A stretch of DNA of 64,000 nucleotides, from assembly GCA_950097015.1 (NCBI GenBank), contig CATNEN010000011.1, positions 1,302,001 to 1,366,000 on the forward strand. Direction: 5' to 3'. A program made the translations under genes and the position numbers. The stretch is from Macrostomum hystrix (Eukaryota; Animalia; Platyhelminthes). Below the pieces are notes generated by a model. It was given only the letters and a program-made list of their open reading frames with translations, was not told where the DNA came from and did not search any database. Positions 23,478-35,647 of this stretch are shown piece by piece. Numbering within the stretch: position 1 is the first letter of the stretch; every line of letters starts with the position of its first letter.

Positions 23478-25200
23478 CTGAAATCCCACACTAAAGACAC
23501 AGAATCCCACAAAAATCCCACACTAAAGACACAGAATCCCACAAAAATCCCACACTAAAGACACAGAATCCCACAAAAATCCCACACTAAAGACACAGAA
23601 TCCCACTGAAATCCCACACTAAAGACACAGAATCCCACAAAAATCCCACACTAAAGACACAGAATCCCACAAAAATCCCACACTAAAAACACAGAATCCC
23701 ACTGAAATCCCACACTAAAGACACAGAATCCCACAAAAATCCCACACTAAAGACAGAACCCCACAAAAATCCCACACTAAAAACACAGAATCCCACAAAA
23801 ATCCCACACTAAAGACACAGAACCCCACTGAAATCCCACACTAAAGACACAGAATCCCACAAAAATCCCACACTAAAGACACAGAATCCCACAAAAATCC
23901 CACACTAAAAACACAGAATCCCACAAAAATCCCACACTAAAGACACAGAACCCCACTGAAATCCCACACTAAAGACACAGAATCCCACAAAAATCCCACA
24001 CTAAAGACACAGAATCCCACAAAAATCCCACACTAAAGACACAGAATCCCACAAAAATCCCACACTAAAGACACAGAATCCCACAAAAATCCCACACTAA
24101 AGACACAGAATCCCACAAAAATCCCACACTAAAGACACAGAATCCCACTGAAATCCCACACTAAAGACACAGAATCCCACAAAAATCCCACACTAAAGAC
24201 ACAGAATCCCACAAAAATCCCACACTAAAAACACAGAATCCCACTGAAATCCCACACTAAAGACACAGAATCCCACAAAAATCCCACACTAAAGACAGAA
24301 CCCCACAAAAATCCCACACTAAAGACAGAACCCCACAAAAATCCCACACTAAAAACACAGAATCCCACAAAAATCCCACACTAAAGACACAGAACCCCAC
24401 TGAAATCCCACACTAAAGACACAGAATCCCACAAAAATCCCACACTAAAGACACAGAATCCCACAAAAATCCCACACTAAAAACACAGAATCCCACAAAA
24501 ATCCCACACTAAAAACACAGAATCCCACAAAAATCCCACACTAAAGACACAGAATCCCACAAAAATCCCACACTAAAGACACAGAATCCCACTGAAATCC
24601 CACACTAAAGACACAGAATCCCGCAAAAATCCCACACTAAAGACACAGAATCCCACAAAAATCCCACACTAAAAACACAGAATCCCACTGAAATCCCACA
24701 CTAAAGACACAGAATCCCACAAAAATCCCACACTAAAGACACAGAATCCCACTGAAATCCCACACTAAAGACACAGAATCCCACAAAAATCCCACACTAA
24801 AAACACAGAATCCCACTGAAATCCCACACTAAAAACACAGAATTCCTAAAAAATCCCACACTAAAAACACAGAACCCCACAAAAATCCCACACTAAAAAC
24901 ACAGAATTCCTAAAAAATCCCGCACTAAAGACACAGACCCCACAAAAATTCCGCACTAAAGACACAGAATCCATAAAAAATCCCACACTAAAGACACAGA
25001 ACTACAAAAAATCCCACACCAAAAATACAGAATCCCTAAAAAATCCCACAAAAATCCCACACTAAAGACACAGAATCCCACAGAAATCCCACACTAAAAA
25101 CACAGAATCCCACTAAAATCCCACACTAAAAACACAGAATTCCTAAAAAATCCCGCACTAAAGACACAAAATCCAACAAAAAATCCATTCAAGAAACACA
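23478..25200. repeat. 32-bp minisatellite (AAATCCCACACTAAAGACACAGAATCCCACAA) filling liprin intron 10
   Basis: Direct periodicity; degenerates toward 25200. Confidence 0.96.
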
Positions 25201-25262
25201 GAATCCCACACTAAGACACGAAATCCCATAAATCCCATATAAGTCAGGCATCCCATAATTAC

Positions 25263-25834
25263 CAGTGTCGCTAATAGCGCAGTCTTCCCTCCGCGCCTCC
25301 AATGCTCCCCTATCGAAGCCCAGCATGTTCAGCGCTTGAATGCCGCAGGACAGCGAGGCCCGATGAAAAGCGTCGACCATTTTTAGGTGGGAGCGGAGGT
25401 CCTTCTTAGTCAAATGCGGCAACATCCTGGCGTCCACCAGGCACTCCATAAAAGCCGACCGGTACTGGCTCAGGCCCAGGCTAGGCAGCCAATAGTTGCC
25501 GACCCATTCGTGACCCATCTGACCGCAGGCCAGGTTCAAATTCGGCTGATTGACAGCTTGGCCATTCTGAGTCTGCGGACTGGTCAGATTGACCATCTCC
25601 TGGATGGCCAGGCGCAGTTTTAATCGATGCAACGGATTTGATATGCCAATCTCGCGTTGTATCTCCTGATCGGACAGGTTGGACATGATGGCGCCAGATT
25701 TGACATTGGCCCTGCAGGCTGCCACATACCAGGCGGGCATGCCGACCCACAGTTCTAGCCAGGCCACAATTGTTGGACCGGTCCATTGGGCGAAGCTGGT
25801 GCACTCGCGCATTACTAGGTCTAGCAGTTCCTCT
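25263..25834 (-). CDS. Liprin-alpha (PPFIA/syd-2): Liprin-alpha exon 10 (SAM1 and SAM2)
   Basis: [67 protein letters not shown] is the hallmark liprin-alpha SAM1. [40 protein letters not shown] is SAM2. TGTAG acceptor and G|GTAATT donor. Confidence 0.97.
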
Positions 25835-25874
25835 CTACAAATTTTGTCGGGGACTTTGACCTCTTCTCTCTTCT

Positions 25875-26172
25875 AAGGGGGTCAATGACCCCTGTTCGCC
25901 CTTTAATTAGAGAGGTGGGGTCAATCTAAAGGAGACTGAGGATGAAAGCTAGACTTTTCTATACTTTCAGGGGGTCATTGACCCCTGTTTGCCCTTTTAA
26001 TCAGAGAGGTGGGGTCAATCTAAAGGAGACTGAGGATGAAAGCTAGACTTTTCAATACTTTCAGGGGGTCATTGACCCCTGTTTGCCCTTTTAATTAGAG
26101 AGGTGGGGTCAATCTAAAGGAGACTAATGATTAAAGCTAGACTTTTCTATACTTTCAGGGAGTCATTGACCT
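25875..26172. repeat. About 3.2 copies of a 94-bp tandem repeat with a GGGGTCA-w-TGACCCC palindrome, in liprin intron 9
   Basis: Units start at about 25875, 25968, 26062 and 26156. Confidence 0.92.
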
Positions 26173-26206
26173 GAAAAATGCAACTATTAAAAATCGAATT
26201 ACTCAC

Positions 26207-26375
26207 TTCTTTCTTCGACGCCTATCCTCGCCTTTTTGGCCAAAAAACTGCTGCTGCTGCTGCTGATGAAGCAGCGAAGAAGGATTAGCATTAGAAGGGA
26301 TAGCACCTGGCAACGGACTACCAGGATAAGAGGCAGCCATTTCCATCGGATAAACAGCGTCAAGTTGCATTAGAC
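26207..26375 (-). CDS. Liprin-alpha (PPFIA/syd-2): Liprin-alpha exon 9
   Basis: TCCAG acceptor (phase 1) and AA|GTGAGT donor (phase 2). Ends GQKGEDRRRRKK, the conserved basic patch before SAM1. Confidence 0.85.
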
Positions 26376-26900
26376 CTGGACGATTCAAATCAGTAAATAA
26401 ATTATAAAACTAAAACAAAAGTTACAAACTTGTTGCTAATTGCTAAAGTGAAATAACATAAATACCTGTCATCCAAAGCTTTTTCATAATTGGAAAATAA
26501 AAAACGAAAGCAAAAATGAGGAATCAACCATTTAAAAAAGATATTATCTGCACCTTTGCAAATTAAACTAAAAAAATACTCAAATTTAGTTAAATCCGTC
26601 TTCTTGATAATGCACCACTTATACTACTGTTGCAATCAAATTTACGCTTCAGTAGTGTGGAAAGATTTTTTTAAGCAAAAACTTGGATATTTATTCTTTC
26701 TTGTGACAGGAAGATTAGAATTTTGTTATATCTGAATTCGAGTATGAGATAGCAGTTCGTTTGCATTTTTCCGTGTTTTATTAATTTTTTTTAGCAAATT
26801 GGATTTTCTTCGCCGCGCAATCCGAGGCCTTGTAAAGAAATATGGGAAGCAATTTTGTAGTCACTTTCTGCAGCTTTGAAATATAGACGGAGACTATGGT

Positions 26901-27143
26901 TTGGCGGTAGAGATCAAAGACTGGCGGTGTGGGGGTTGGCGGTAGAGATCAAAGACTGGCGGAGGTGTGGGTATTGGCGGTAGAGATCAAAGACTGGCGG
27001 AGGTGTGGGGGTTCGCGGTAGAGATCAAAGACTGGCGTAGGTTTGGGGTTGGCGGTAGAGATCAAAGACTGGCAGAGGTGTGAGGGTAGGCGGTAGAGAT
27101 CAAAGACTGGCGGAGGTGTGGGGGTAGGCGGTAGAGATCAAAG
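26901..27143. repeat. 35-38-bp minisatellite (GGCGGTAGAGATCAAAGACTGGCGGAGGTGTGGGGGTT), about 6.5 copies
   Basis: Direct periodicity. Confidence 0.93.
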
Positions 27144-27239
27144 CTATAGGTATAGGATAGTGTGCAGTTGCACGCAGTGCAAGCAATAAGAAATACAAAA
27201 AGCGATGACAATGCAGAGCATTGCATCGTCGCTACTCAC

Positions 27240-27365
27240 TGGTAGGCAATGGAGAAGCAGCAGCCGTCAGCGGTGAAGCATAGCCAGGAGGTCGACGGCC
27301 AAGGCTAGCGGTGCTGCCAGCGGCGCCGACAGCAGCTGCAGAGGCAGACGAAGTTAAAGCGTATG

Positions 27366-27396
<31 letters not shown>

Positions 27397-27430
27397 ATGA
27401 AAGTGAAGATGATGCGGTAGAGTGCGATAG

Positions 27431-27465
<35 letters not shown>

Positions 27466-27763
27466 AAGGTGCTGCATCAGTTGCATCTGCTGGTGCTGAT
27501 GCTGCTGACGATGCTGATGCTGTGGATGATGATGATGATGATGCGGACTAGAAGCGGCGACGGTGGCAGTTGCGGCGGTTGTCGACACTGGCGCGGACTC
27601 TTTCTTGTTGAAGATTCGGCCTAGAGTGCCAAATCGAGAACGCTTTTTTGACGCGGCGGCGGCAGCGGCGGCGGCAGCGGCGGCGGCGGCAGCTGGCGAC
27701 TTGTTCTGCAAGGAGTCCTGACTGCCGGAGGAGGGCGACGACTGCGGCGACTCGAGCGAATTT
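27240..27763 (-). CDS. Liprin-alpha (PPFIA/syd-2): Liprin-alpha exon 8 (low-complexity Ala/His/Gln region; KKRSRFGTLGRIFNKKE motif)
   Basis: CTGCAG acceptor (phase 2) and A|GTGAGT donor (phase 1). SSGSQDSL...KK..GTLGRIF.KKE corresponds to the liprin-alpha SSQDSL/KSSIGRLFGKKE motif. Confidence 0.88.
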
Positions 27764-28513
27764 CTGCAGTTTTTATCGGTGATAAGATACTGATAATACT
27801 ACTGCTGAATTGTCGAGTAGTATGTTGCCAGCAATTCATTCATGCTAGCTGCTATTCAATAGTTTTAGTAGCGTTATTATGGCACAGCAATTACCGTCTA
27901 GATATTTGAATTCTAGCATCAAACCAGTTTGCTGACTATTTTGATTCTAAGAAAAAAAGAAAACTCTAGTATTAGTAGTATGTTATCTATTCACCGCTAT
28001 CTGCCGCGAAAAAATAACGGGTTGAGAATGCTATTTTTGCAGTTTTTAATCGATTTCAAATATGACACTAGAAAGGATTCCCCAATTACAGAACAATTGT
28101 ATCCTAAATTTACGTTTACACCGGCAAATGATATCGTGAATATCGTATTGTTATATGACTGTTTTCTTTAATATGCTTTAAGCAAATACATCATGCACTC
28201 TTAGTTTGCAGAATATTGGCTGTCGGTTAAATAATACACAGAAGGTAGTTGATAAACGGGCAAATCATGTTAATTAGGACAAAATGCTTTAATTAAATCA
28301 AACAAAACAAGACAGAATTAATTGTGAAATTATTCTCACTCGTATTTAATGATAAAACATATGCTTTAAGAGACTATGTGCGACATAGTTAGAAAAAATA
28401 GACAAAAAACTATCTAGATAGAGTTTGTTTAATCAAGGACAGTGCTAATCATTGACTTTATCAAAGAGCTTTGTTGTAAAAAGCCCGTCTGGATTATTAT
28501 TTTAGTCCGCACA

Positions 28514-29293
28514 TCTGTCTACCTATCTGTCAGCCTGTCTAACTACCTACCTGTCTGTCTGCCTGTCTAACTACCTACCTGTCTGTCTGCCTGTCTAACT
28601 ACCTACCTGTCTGTCTGCCTGTCTAACTACCTACCTGTCTGTCTGCCTGTCTAACTACCTACCTGTTTGTCCGCCTGTCTAACTACCTACCTGTCTGTCT
28701 GCCTGTCTAACTACCTACCTGTCTGTCTGCCTGTCTAACTACCTACCTGTCTGTCTGCCTGTCTAACTACCTACCTGTTTGTCTGCCTGTCTAACTACCT
28801 ACCTGTCTACCTACCTACCTACCTACCTACCTACCTACCTACCTACCTACCTACCTACCTGCCTGTCTACCAATCTGTCTACCTGTCTGCCTGTCTACCT
28901 ACCTACCTGTCTGTCTGCCCTCTCCATGTCTACCTACCTGTCTGTCCGCCTGTCAACCTACCTACCTGCCTGTCTACCTACCTACCTACCTGCCTGCCTG
29001 CCTGCCTACCTGTCTGTCCGTCTGTCAACCTACCTACCTGTCTGTCTACCTACCTACCTACCTGCCTGCCTGTCTACAAATCTGTCTACCTGTCTGCCTG
29101 TCTACCTACCTACCTGTCTGTCTGCCCTCTCCATGTCTACCTACCTGTCTATCCGCCTGTCAACCTACCTACCTGCCTGTCTACCTACCTGTCTATCTAC
29201 CTACCTGTCTGCCTGTCTACCTACCTGTCTACCTACCTACCTGTCTGTCTGTCTGTCTCCCTGTCTACCTACCTGTCTACCTACCTACCTGTC
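28514..29293. repeat. Compound (CTAC)n/(CTGT)n/(CTGC)n microsatellite with a 28-bp higher-order unit
   Basis: Direct. ORF 28779..29384 is a translation of it. Confidence 0.93.
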
Positions 29294-30156
29294 ATACATG
29301 ACTGTCTATATATTTGTTTTCTTTCAAGAATTGATGATTCTTGACCGTGACCCAACACAGTATTTAAAGTATATAAAAAATTAATATTTTTGAACGTTTT
29401 AATAAAACAAATAAACTGTTTAAAAGTGAGATCGTATTTATAAAAAGATAAATCAAATTCTAATTGAATAATGCAAGAAGCGGATGCAGTCGAGGTGGAC
29501 AAGGGGGCTGTGAATTGAAGCGTCCCTATTGGCTAGTAGAAGATTCAATTAACCTTATTCTTTGCTTAATATTAAGCGAATGCTGGCGAACAATGGGAGC
29601 TCGGCCAGATTGGGCCACAACTGGCGTCGGCTCCTCGTACGATTGGCCAGTGAAACTGTAAGCGGGGCATCATTTTATTGTCGTCGATAAATACGCATGT
29701 GCCTTGGTTAGCTGCTTGGTTAGCCTACTGCAAGTAGTCTGTAATGCTTATAAATTAATTATTGAGATTCAAAATGCTACGAACGAACGATCAATGAAGC
29801 ACAGTATATCCAGTCTATCAACACCATAGCAACCGGCATGTTTACCTTGGATACAGGACGGTATATGGGGTTATCAGTTCAAGGGGTGGGGTCAAAACAA
29901 ACGATAAACTAACGATTAAGAGTGCAGAAACTGATATATTAGGTAATAAAAAATTCTGCATCAAACTGTGAGCAGAAAACAAAAATGAGAGGCAATTTGA
30001 TTAACTTATCAAACTCATTTACGCCGTCACCGGAATAATTTTTTTTGTTATAATTATGGTCATAAAAAAGAGAAAATAAAATTGGAAATATGATTCTTTT
30101 TAAATAGAAGTACATAAAGTAAAATATAGAAGTGCAAATAAAGAGAAATATATATC

Positions 30157-30475
30157 TAGATTGATTGAGAATAGATGACATCTATCGAGGTGAGATAGAC
30201 TGAGAATAGATGACATCTATCGAGGTGAGATAGACTGAGAATATACGAAATCTATTGAGGTGAGACAGATTGAGAATAGATGAAATCTATCGAGGTGAGA
30301 TAGACTGAGAATAGACGAAATCTATTGAGGTGACATAGATTGAGAATAGATGAAATCTATCAAGGTGTGATAGACTGAGAATAGATGACATCTATCGAGG
30401 TGAGATAGATTGAGAATAGATCAAATCTATCGAGGTGAGATAGATTGAGAATAGACGAAATCTATCGAGGTAGGA
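30157..30475. repeat. 35-bp minisatellite containing the palindrome ATAGATG-A-CATCTAT
   Basis: About 9 copies of GAYTGAGAATAGATGAMATCTATCGAGGTGAGATA. Confidence 0.92.
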
Positions 30476-30677
30476 TTGGTTAAGAATAAAAAAGAAAGAT
30501 AATCTTGAAGATCAAATAGTACACATAGATAAGGTTTAGTGCATTATATAATTTTATAAGAAAGAAATCGATAAACGAATCAATAAGTCGGATGTTAAAA
30601 TAAAAAAAGCTGCCACAAAAAGAAAGGCTTCAAGCAATTAAAGCAGGTTTTGCAAAAGAAAATAAACGGCGTCTCAC

Positions 30678-30883
30678 CCGTCATGCGCCTTAGCCAATGC
30701 CTGTGCCACCCGTTCCAGCCTCAGGGTTCGCGGAGTTCCAGGTGGAGAGTCATCCACTCGCGCCTGCTGCTGATGCTGATGCTGCTGATGAGGCTGCGGA
30801 GTCTGGTGACCAACAGGTGCCGAAGCCATTGTTGTCATTGGCAACTGGGCGGATGCGTGAGGCAGAGTAGATGCTGAACGAAT
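30678..30883 (-). CDS. Liprin-alpha (PPFIA/syd-2): Liprin-alpha exon 7
   Basis: CTCAG acceptor (phase 0) and GG|GTGAGA donor (phase 2). DDSPPGTPRTLRLERVAQALA resembles the invertebrate liprin-alpha motif SPPxTPRxxRLERVAQAL. Confidence 0.88.
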
Positions 30884-31364
30884 CTGAGAGTTGGGAAGAA
30901 TTTTTATCAAGTACGCGGCTTGTTTATTTTTTAGTTTTGATCCCAAAACACCAAATAAAAAATTAAATCCTTCTACCATAATTTGATACAACTTTAAACT
31001 TCATCCACTTTTTCGTCAGAGGAAAATAGTGGAACACGTTACCAATGCAAACAAATGATTAATTAAATGACAGATTAAATTTCTAATACCATACATTACA
31101 ATCCTTAAATATAACATGTAACTTACCAGAAAGTACAAATGCAACAATTCATCGAAAAGTATCTGATTTGTTATATAAATAGGTTTAATAAATATGTCAT
31201 GTTAATTACCCGATTAATTACAGACTACACAACACATACAGATAACTAAGCATAGTCTATATTCAATATTTAATGGTTTTTATGCAGAAGGGTTTATGAA
31301 CAATGAGATTAATCTAGTAGTGGAAAAATTATCTGGTAGTTGGTATTTAGTGTAAGCTATGGGA

Positions 31365-32165
31365 TATGATATTAAGAAGCCAACTGAAGTACTTTGGGAT
31401 TAGGGATTAAGAAGCCAAATGAAGTACTTTGGGATTAGGGATTAAGAAACTATATGAAGTACTTTGGGATTAGGGATTATTAAATCAAACGAAATACTTT
31501 GGGAGTAGGGATTAAGAAACCAACTGATGTACTTTGGCATTCGGGATTAAGAAACCAACTGATGTACTTTGGCATTCGGGATTAAGAAACCAACTGATGT
31601 ACTTTGGCATTCGGGATTAAGAAACCAACTGATGTACTTTGGCATTCGGGATTAAGAAACCAACTGATGTACTTTGGCATTCGGGATTAAGAAGCAGACT
31701 GAAGTACTTTGGGATTAGGGATTAAGAAACTATATGAAGTACTTTGCGATAAGGGATTAAGAAACTAAATGAAGTACTTTGGCATTCGGGATTAAGAAAC
31801 TAAATGAAGTACTTTGGGATTAGGGATTAAGAAACTAAAATGAAGTACTTTGGGATTATGGATTAAGAAATCAAATGAAGTACTTTGGGATTAGGGATTA
31901 AGAAACTAAAATGAAGTACTTTGGGATTAGGGATTAAGAAACGAAAATGAAGTACTTTGGGATTAGGGATTAAGAAATCAAATGAAGTACTTTGGGATTA
32001 TGGATTAAGAAATCAAATGAAGTACTTTGGGATTATGGATTAAGAAATCAAATGAAGTACTTTGGGATTAGGGATTAAGAAATCAAATGAAGTACTTTGG
32101 GATTAGGGATTAATAAATCAAATGAAGTACTTTGGGATTAGGGATTAAGAAACTAAATGAAGCAC
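31365..32165. repeat. About 35-bp minisatellite (GGGATTAAGAAAYYAAATGAAGTACTTTGGGATTA)
   Basis: Direct periodicity. Confidence 0.94.
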
Positions 32166-32409
32166 TGTAGAATTAGGGATTGAGAAAGCTACAGTTATGG
32201 TACACAGTTATGGTATTAGAAAACCCATGAAAGAATGGAGATACGTTTGGATAATTTGAGGATACGGGGTAACTAAGCAACAAGCAGCTCACTACACAGA
32301 CAATAAAAGCACACATTAAAATTGTAAAAAATGAACAAATAAATAAAAGCAGCTGTTGCACATGACTTATATTAAGCTACAATTAAAGCAAAGTGAAAAT
32401 GTTTTTTAC

Positions 32410-32496
32410 CTGTCCGTGATAAACAGACATTGGTGTGATAGCCAAGTGTGGCGTAGACGCCGAGAACTGATGATTGTGCCTCGAACAATACAAGCT
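32410..32496 (-). CDS. Liprin-alpha (PPFIA/syd-2): Liprin-alpha putative 87-bp exon 6 (SLYCSRHNHQFSASTPHLAITPMSVYHGQ)
   Basis: TCGCAG acceptor and CAG|GTAAAA donor; phase 0-0, stop-free, GC island within an AT-rich intron. Could be a skippable cassette exon. Confidence 0.6.
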
Positions 32497-32814
32497 CTGC
32501 GAGTAAATTGATATTAAATGAGAAAAATTAAAAAAACACGAATATTTTTAGGAAAATTATTACAGTAAAAGTGCAACAAAATTTAATGTGATGAGTGAAA
32601 CTACACTGCAATATGAGATTTATGTATCACTGAAGCAAAACTTCTAGAAACTAGAAATGAAAAAAAGTAAATAGTAGCTTCTGTAGCTTCGCACACATGA
32701 TCCAGACAGGTCGGTAGTTCGAATCGGAATAGTAGCTGAGTTAGATTTTTATGTTATCGTGGCGGCCCTTGTTCTAGTCAATAAATTAATAATAAATCTG
32801 AGCGAATTCCGCCA

Positions 32815-33005
32815 GATGTGCAGCCAGATGTGCGTATAACGGCTGTTCAGTCCATGGACTGGGGAGGGGGGGCAGGCCACAAACGCCCTCAATTACCCCA
32901 GCTAATTGCAAAGATGACACAAATTGTTCCAGTTGAGTCGGGAATCGAACCCCTGACCTTCAAGCGGTGAGTCCGACGCTTTAACCACTAGGCTTAAACA
33001 ACCCC
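32815..33005 (-). mobile_element. CORE-SINE copy with most of the CORE region internally deleted
   Basis: Reverse-complement tRNA head (GGAATCGAACCC...ACCACTAGGC), CAGTCCATGGACTG and the 3' tail shared with the other copies. Confidence 0.8.
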
Positions 33006-33151
33006 TACCTTAATGGACAATGGACTGAAAATATGTGGAAATTCCATGATAAATAATTAAGATAGAAAATCAAAGGAAATATTAGATCTAAACATAAGAG
33101 ACTAGAAAAAAGCAAATAAACACACTATATCTGAAATAAAGGGCCACTTAC

Positions 33152-33550
33152 CCCGCCAGCCACAGTGGCATAGACAGCCGGGGCGGCGTTAACAGCGCCA
33201 CCAACACCGCCGCTGCTAACAATGTAGCGCCCGGCAGAAGCGGCAGCAGCAGCAGCAGCCGGGGTGGTTCGCCCGCTCATAGGCGGACTGGGGCCGACCC
33301 AGCCAGCTGCCAGGTGGGTTGCGCTGCCAACGCGAGATTCCAGCTCTTCGGCTCGCTGCTCCGTGGACTCTTTCTCTTCCTGGATGAGTCTAATCTCATT
33401 ATTAATAGCGTCCAGTTGTTCCTGAATCATAGCGGCTAGCGAGTGAGCATCGGCCGTCTGCTGATCGCTGGCCGCCGAGTCGGAGCCGACGAATGCCGAC
33501 GGAAAATCCGGCGCGTCAACAGCTCCGCCGGCTCCGGAGCTGTCGAATGC
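33152..33550 (-). CDS. Liprin-alpha (PPFIA/syd-2): Liprin-alpha exon 5 (LH2 region [41 protein letters not shown])
   Basis: The conserved liprin-alpha motif; CTCCAG acceptor and GGG|GTAAGT donor, both phase 0. Confidence 0.95.
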
Positions 33551-33589
33551 CTGGAGTTTTAATGCCATTAAAAATATTCAGGGGAGGTA

Positions 33590-34850
33590 TACACTGAAGC
33601 ATCAGGGGGTTGGAACTGAAGCATCAGGTGATAGGAACTGAAGCATCGGGGGTTGGAAATGAAGCAGATCAGGTGGTAGGAACTGAAGCATCAGGTGGTA
33701 GGAACTGAAGCATCAGGTGGTAGGAACTGAAGCATCAGGGGGTAGGAACTGAAGCATCAGGTGGTAGGAACTGAAGCATCAGGTGGTAGGAACTGAAGCA
33801 GATCAGGTGATAGGAACTGAAGCATCAGGGGGTAGGAACTGAAGCATCAGGGGGTTAGAACTGAAGCATCAGGTGGTAGGAACTGAAGCATCAGGTGGTA
33901 GGAACTGAAGCATCAGGTGGTAGGAACTGAAGCATCAGGTGGTAGGAACTGAAGCAGATCAGGTGATAGGAACTGAAGCATCAGGGGGTTGGAACTGAAG
34001 CATCAGGTGGTAGGAACTGAAGCATCAGGTGGTAGGAACTGAAGCAGATCAGGTGATAGGAACTGAAGCATCAGGGGGTAGGAACTGAAGCATCAGGTGG
34101 TAGGAACTGAACCATCAGGTGGTAGGAACTGAAGCATCAGGGGGTAGGAACTGAAGCATCGGGGGTTGGAACTGAAGCATCAGGTGGTAGGAACTGAAGC
34201 ATCAGGGGGTTGGAACTGAAGCATCGGGGGTTGGAACTGAAGCATCAGGTGGTAGGAACTGAAGCATCAGGGGGTTGGAACTGAAGCATCAGGTGGTAGG
34301 AACTGAAGCATCAGGTGGTAGGAACTGAAGCATCAGGTGGTAGGAACTGAAGCATCAGGTGGTTGGAACTGAAGTATCAGGGGGTAGGAACTGAAGCATC
34401 AGGTGGTAGGAACTGAAGCATCAGGTGGTAGGAACTGAAGCATCAGGTGGTAGGAACTGAAGCATCAGGTGGTAGGAACTGAAGCATCAGGTGGTAGGAA
34501 CTGAAGCATCAGGTGGTAGGAACTGAAGCATCAGGTGGTAGGAACTGAAGCATCAGGTGGTAGGAACTGAAGCATCAGGTGGTAGGAACTGAAGCATCAG
34601 GTGGTAGGAACTGAAGCATCAGGTGGTAGGAACTGAAGCATCAGGTGGTAGGAACTGAAGCATCAGGTGGTAGGAACTGAAGCATCAGGTGGTAGGAACT
34701 GAAGCATCAGGTGGTAGGAACTGAAGCATCAGGTGGTAGGAACTGAAGCATCAGGGGGTAGGAACTGAAGCATCGGGGGTTGGAACTGAAGCATCAGGTG
34801 GTAGGAACTGAAGCATCAGGTGGTAGGAACTGAAGTATCAGGGGGTAGAC
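33590..34850. repeat. 22-bp minisatellite (GGAACTGAAGCATCAGGTGGTA) filling liprin intron 4
   Basis: Direct periodicity; very homogeneous at about 34390-34740. Confidence 0.97.
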
Positions 34851-34870
34851 ACTGGGCAGATGACTCATAC

Positions 34871-35065
34871 CTGTTGCACATTCTGCAGCACGTGCTGCTG
34901 AGCCAAGCGTTCAAAGTCTCCCTCGCCGAGAGTGCGAACTTTCGCTTCAACCGACAGTGGCAAATCGCGGCTAGACGAGCTGGTCGCTGTGCCAACACCG
35001 CCGTTGGCATCGCCGGCGGAGCGACCACGAGACGGTCGCAGGCAGGCTTGACCTTCCTGTAGCAA

Positions 35066-35106
<41 letters not shown>

Positions 35107-35647
35107 TTATTCGTTCCAACTCCATTGAAAGATCGTCTCGTTCGAATTGAGAATCTTCCAGAGCTCGCCGAATTCGATCTAACTCAGCACTGAGCTGGTT
35201 CCTTTCCTCCAAGGCGGACATTTTCTCATGCAAATGCAGCTGCAACCGTTCATTGCTCTCCATTAGCAATTTATCAACGGTAGCCGATAATCGACTGTTG
35301 TGCTCTTCGTGAAGCTTTTCCCTTTGCTGCGAGCGAGACAATTCGTTTCTAATCTCGTCTAATTCGGCTAGAAGCTCGGCCGGATCCGGCTGACTAGATT
35401 CCGACGCTGCAGCCAGGGTGGAATCGTTGGAATCGCCGGTTCCCGACTGCTGCTGCTGCTCATTAGAGGCGGTCAATTGTCTCAGCTTGTCCTCGGCAGT
35501 TCGCAGGCTGGCAGCTTGCATAGCCAGCTGCTCTTCTAGCCGATCGTTGCGCTCGTGGGCGGAGGTGGTCTCGCGCTGGGCGCTCAGATAGCGCTGCTCA
35601 AGGGTGGCGATGCGCTCCTCTTGGTCCTCGCGCTGAGCTTCGGCCTC
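34871..35647 (-). CDS. Liprin-alpha (PPFIA/syd-2): Liprin-alpha exon 4 (coiled coil)
   Basis: EAEAQREDQEERIATLEQRYLSAQRETTS and EEHNSRLSATVDKLLMESNERLQLHLHEKMSALEERN are conserved. CACAG acceptor and CAG|GTATGA donor. Confidence 0.95.

Noticed and set aside
25935-25960. Hammerhead-ribozyme-like CTGAGGA..GAAA in the 94-bp repeat
   Set aside because: Only one nucleotide separates CTGAGGA from GAAA (no stem II) and stem I pairing is poor.
31365-32165. Telomeric TTAGGG-like words
   Set aside because: They are isolated GATTAGGGATT words inside a 35-bp unit, not a (TTAGGG)n tract.
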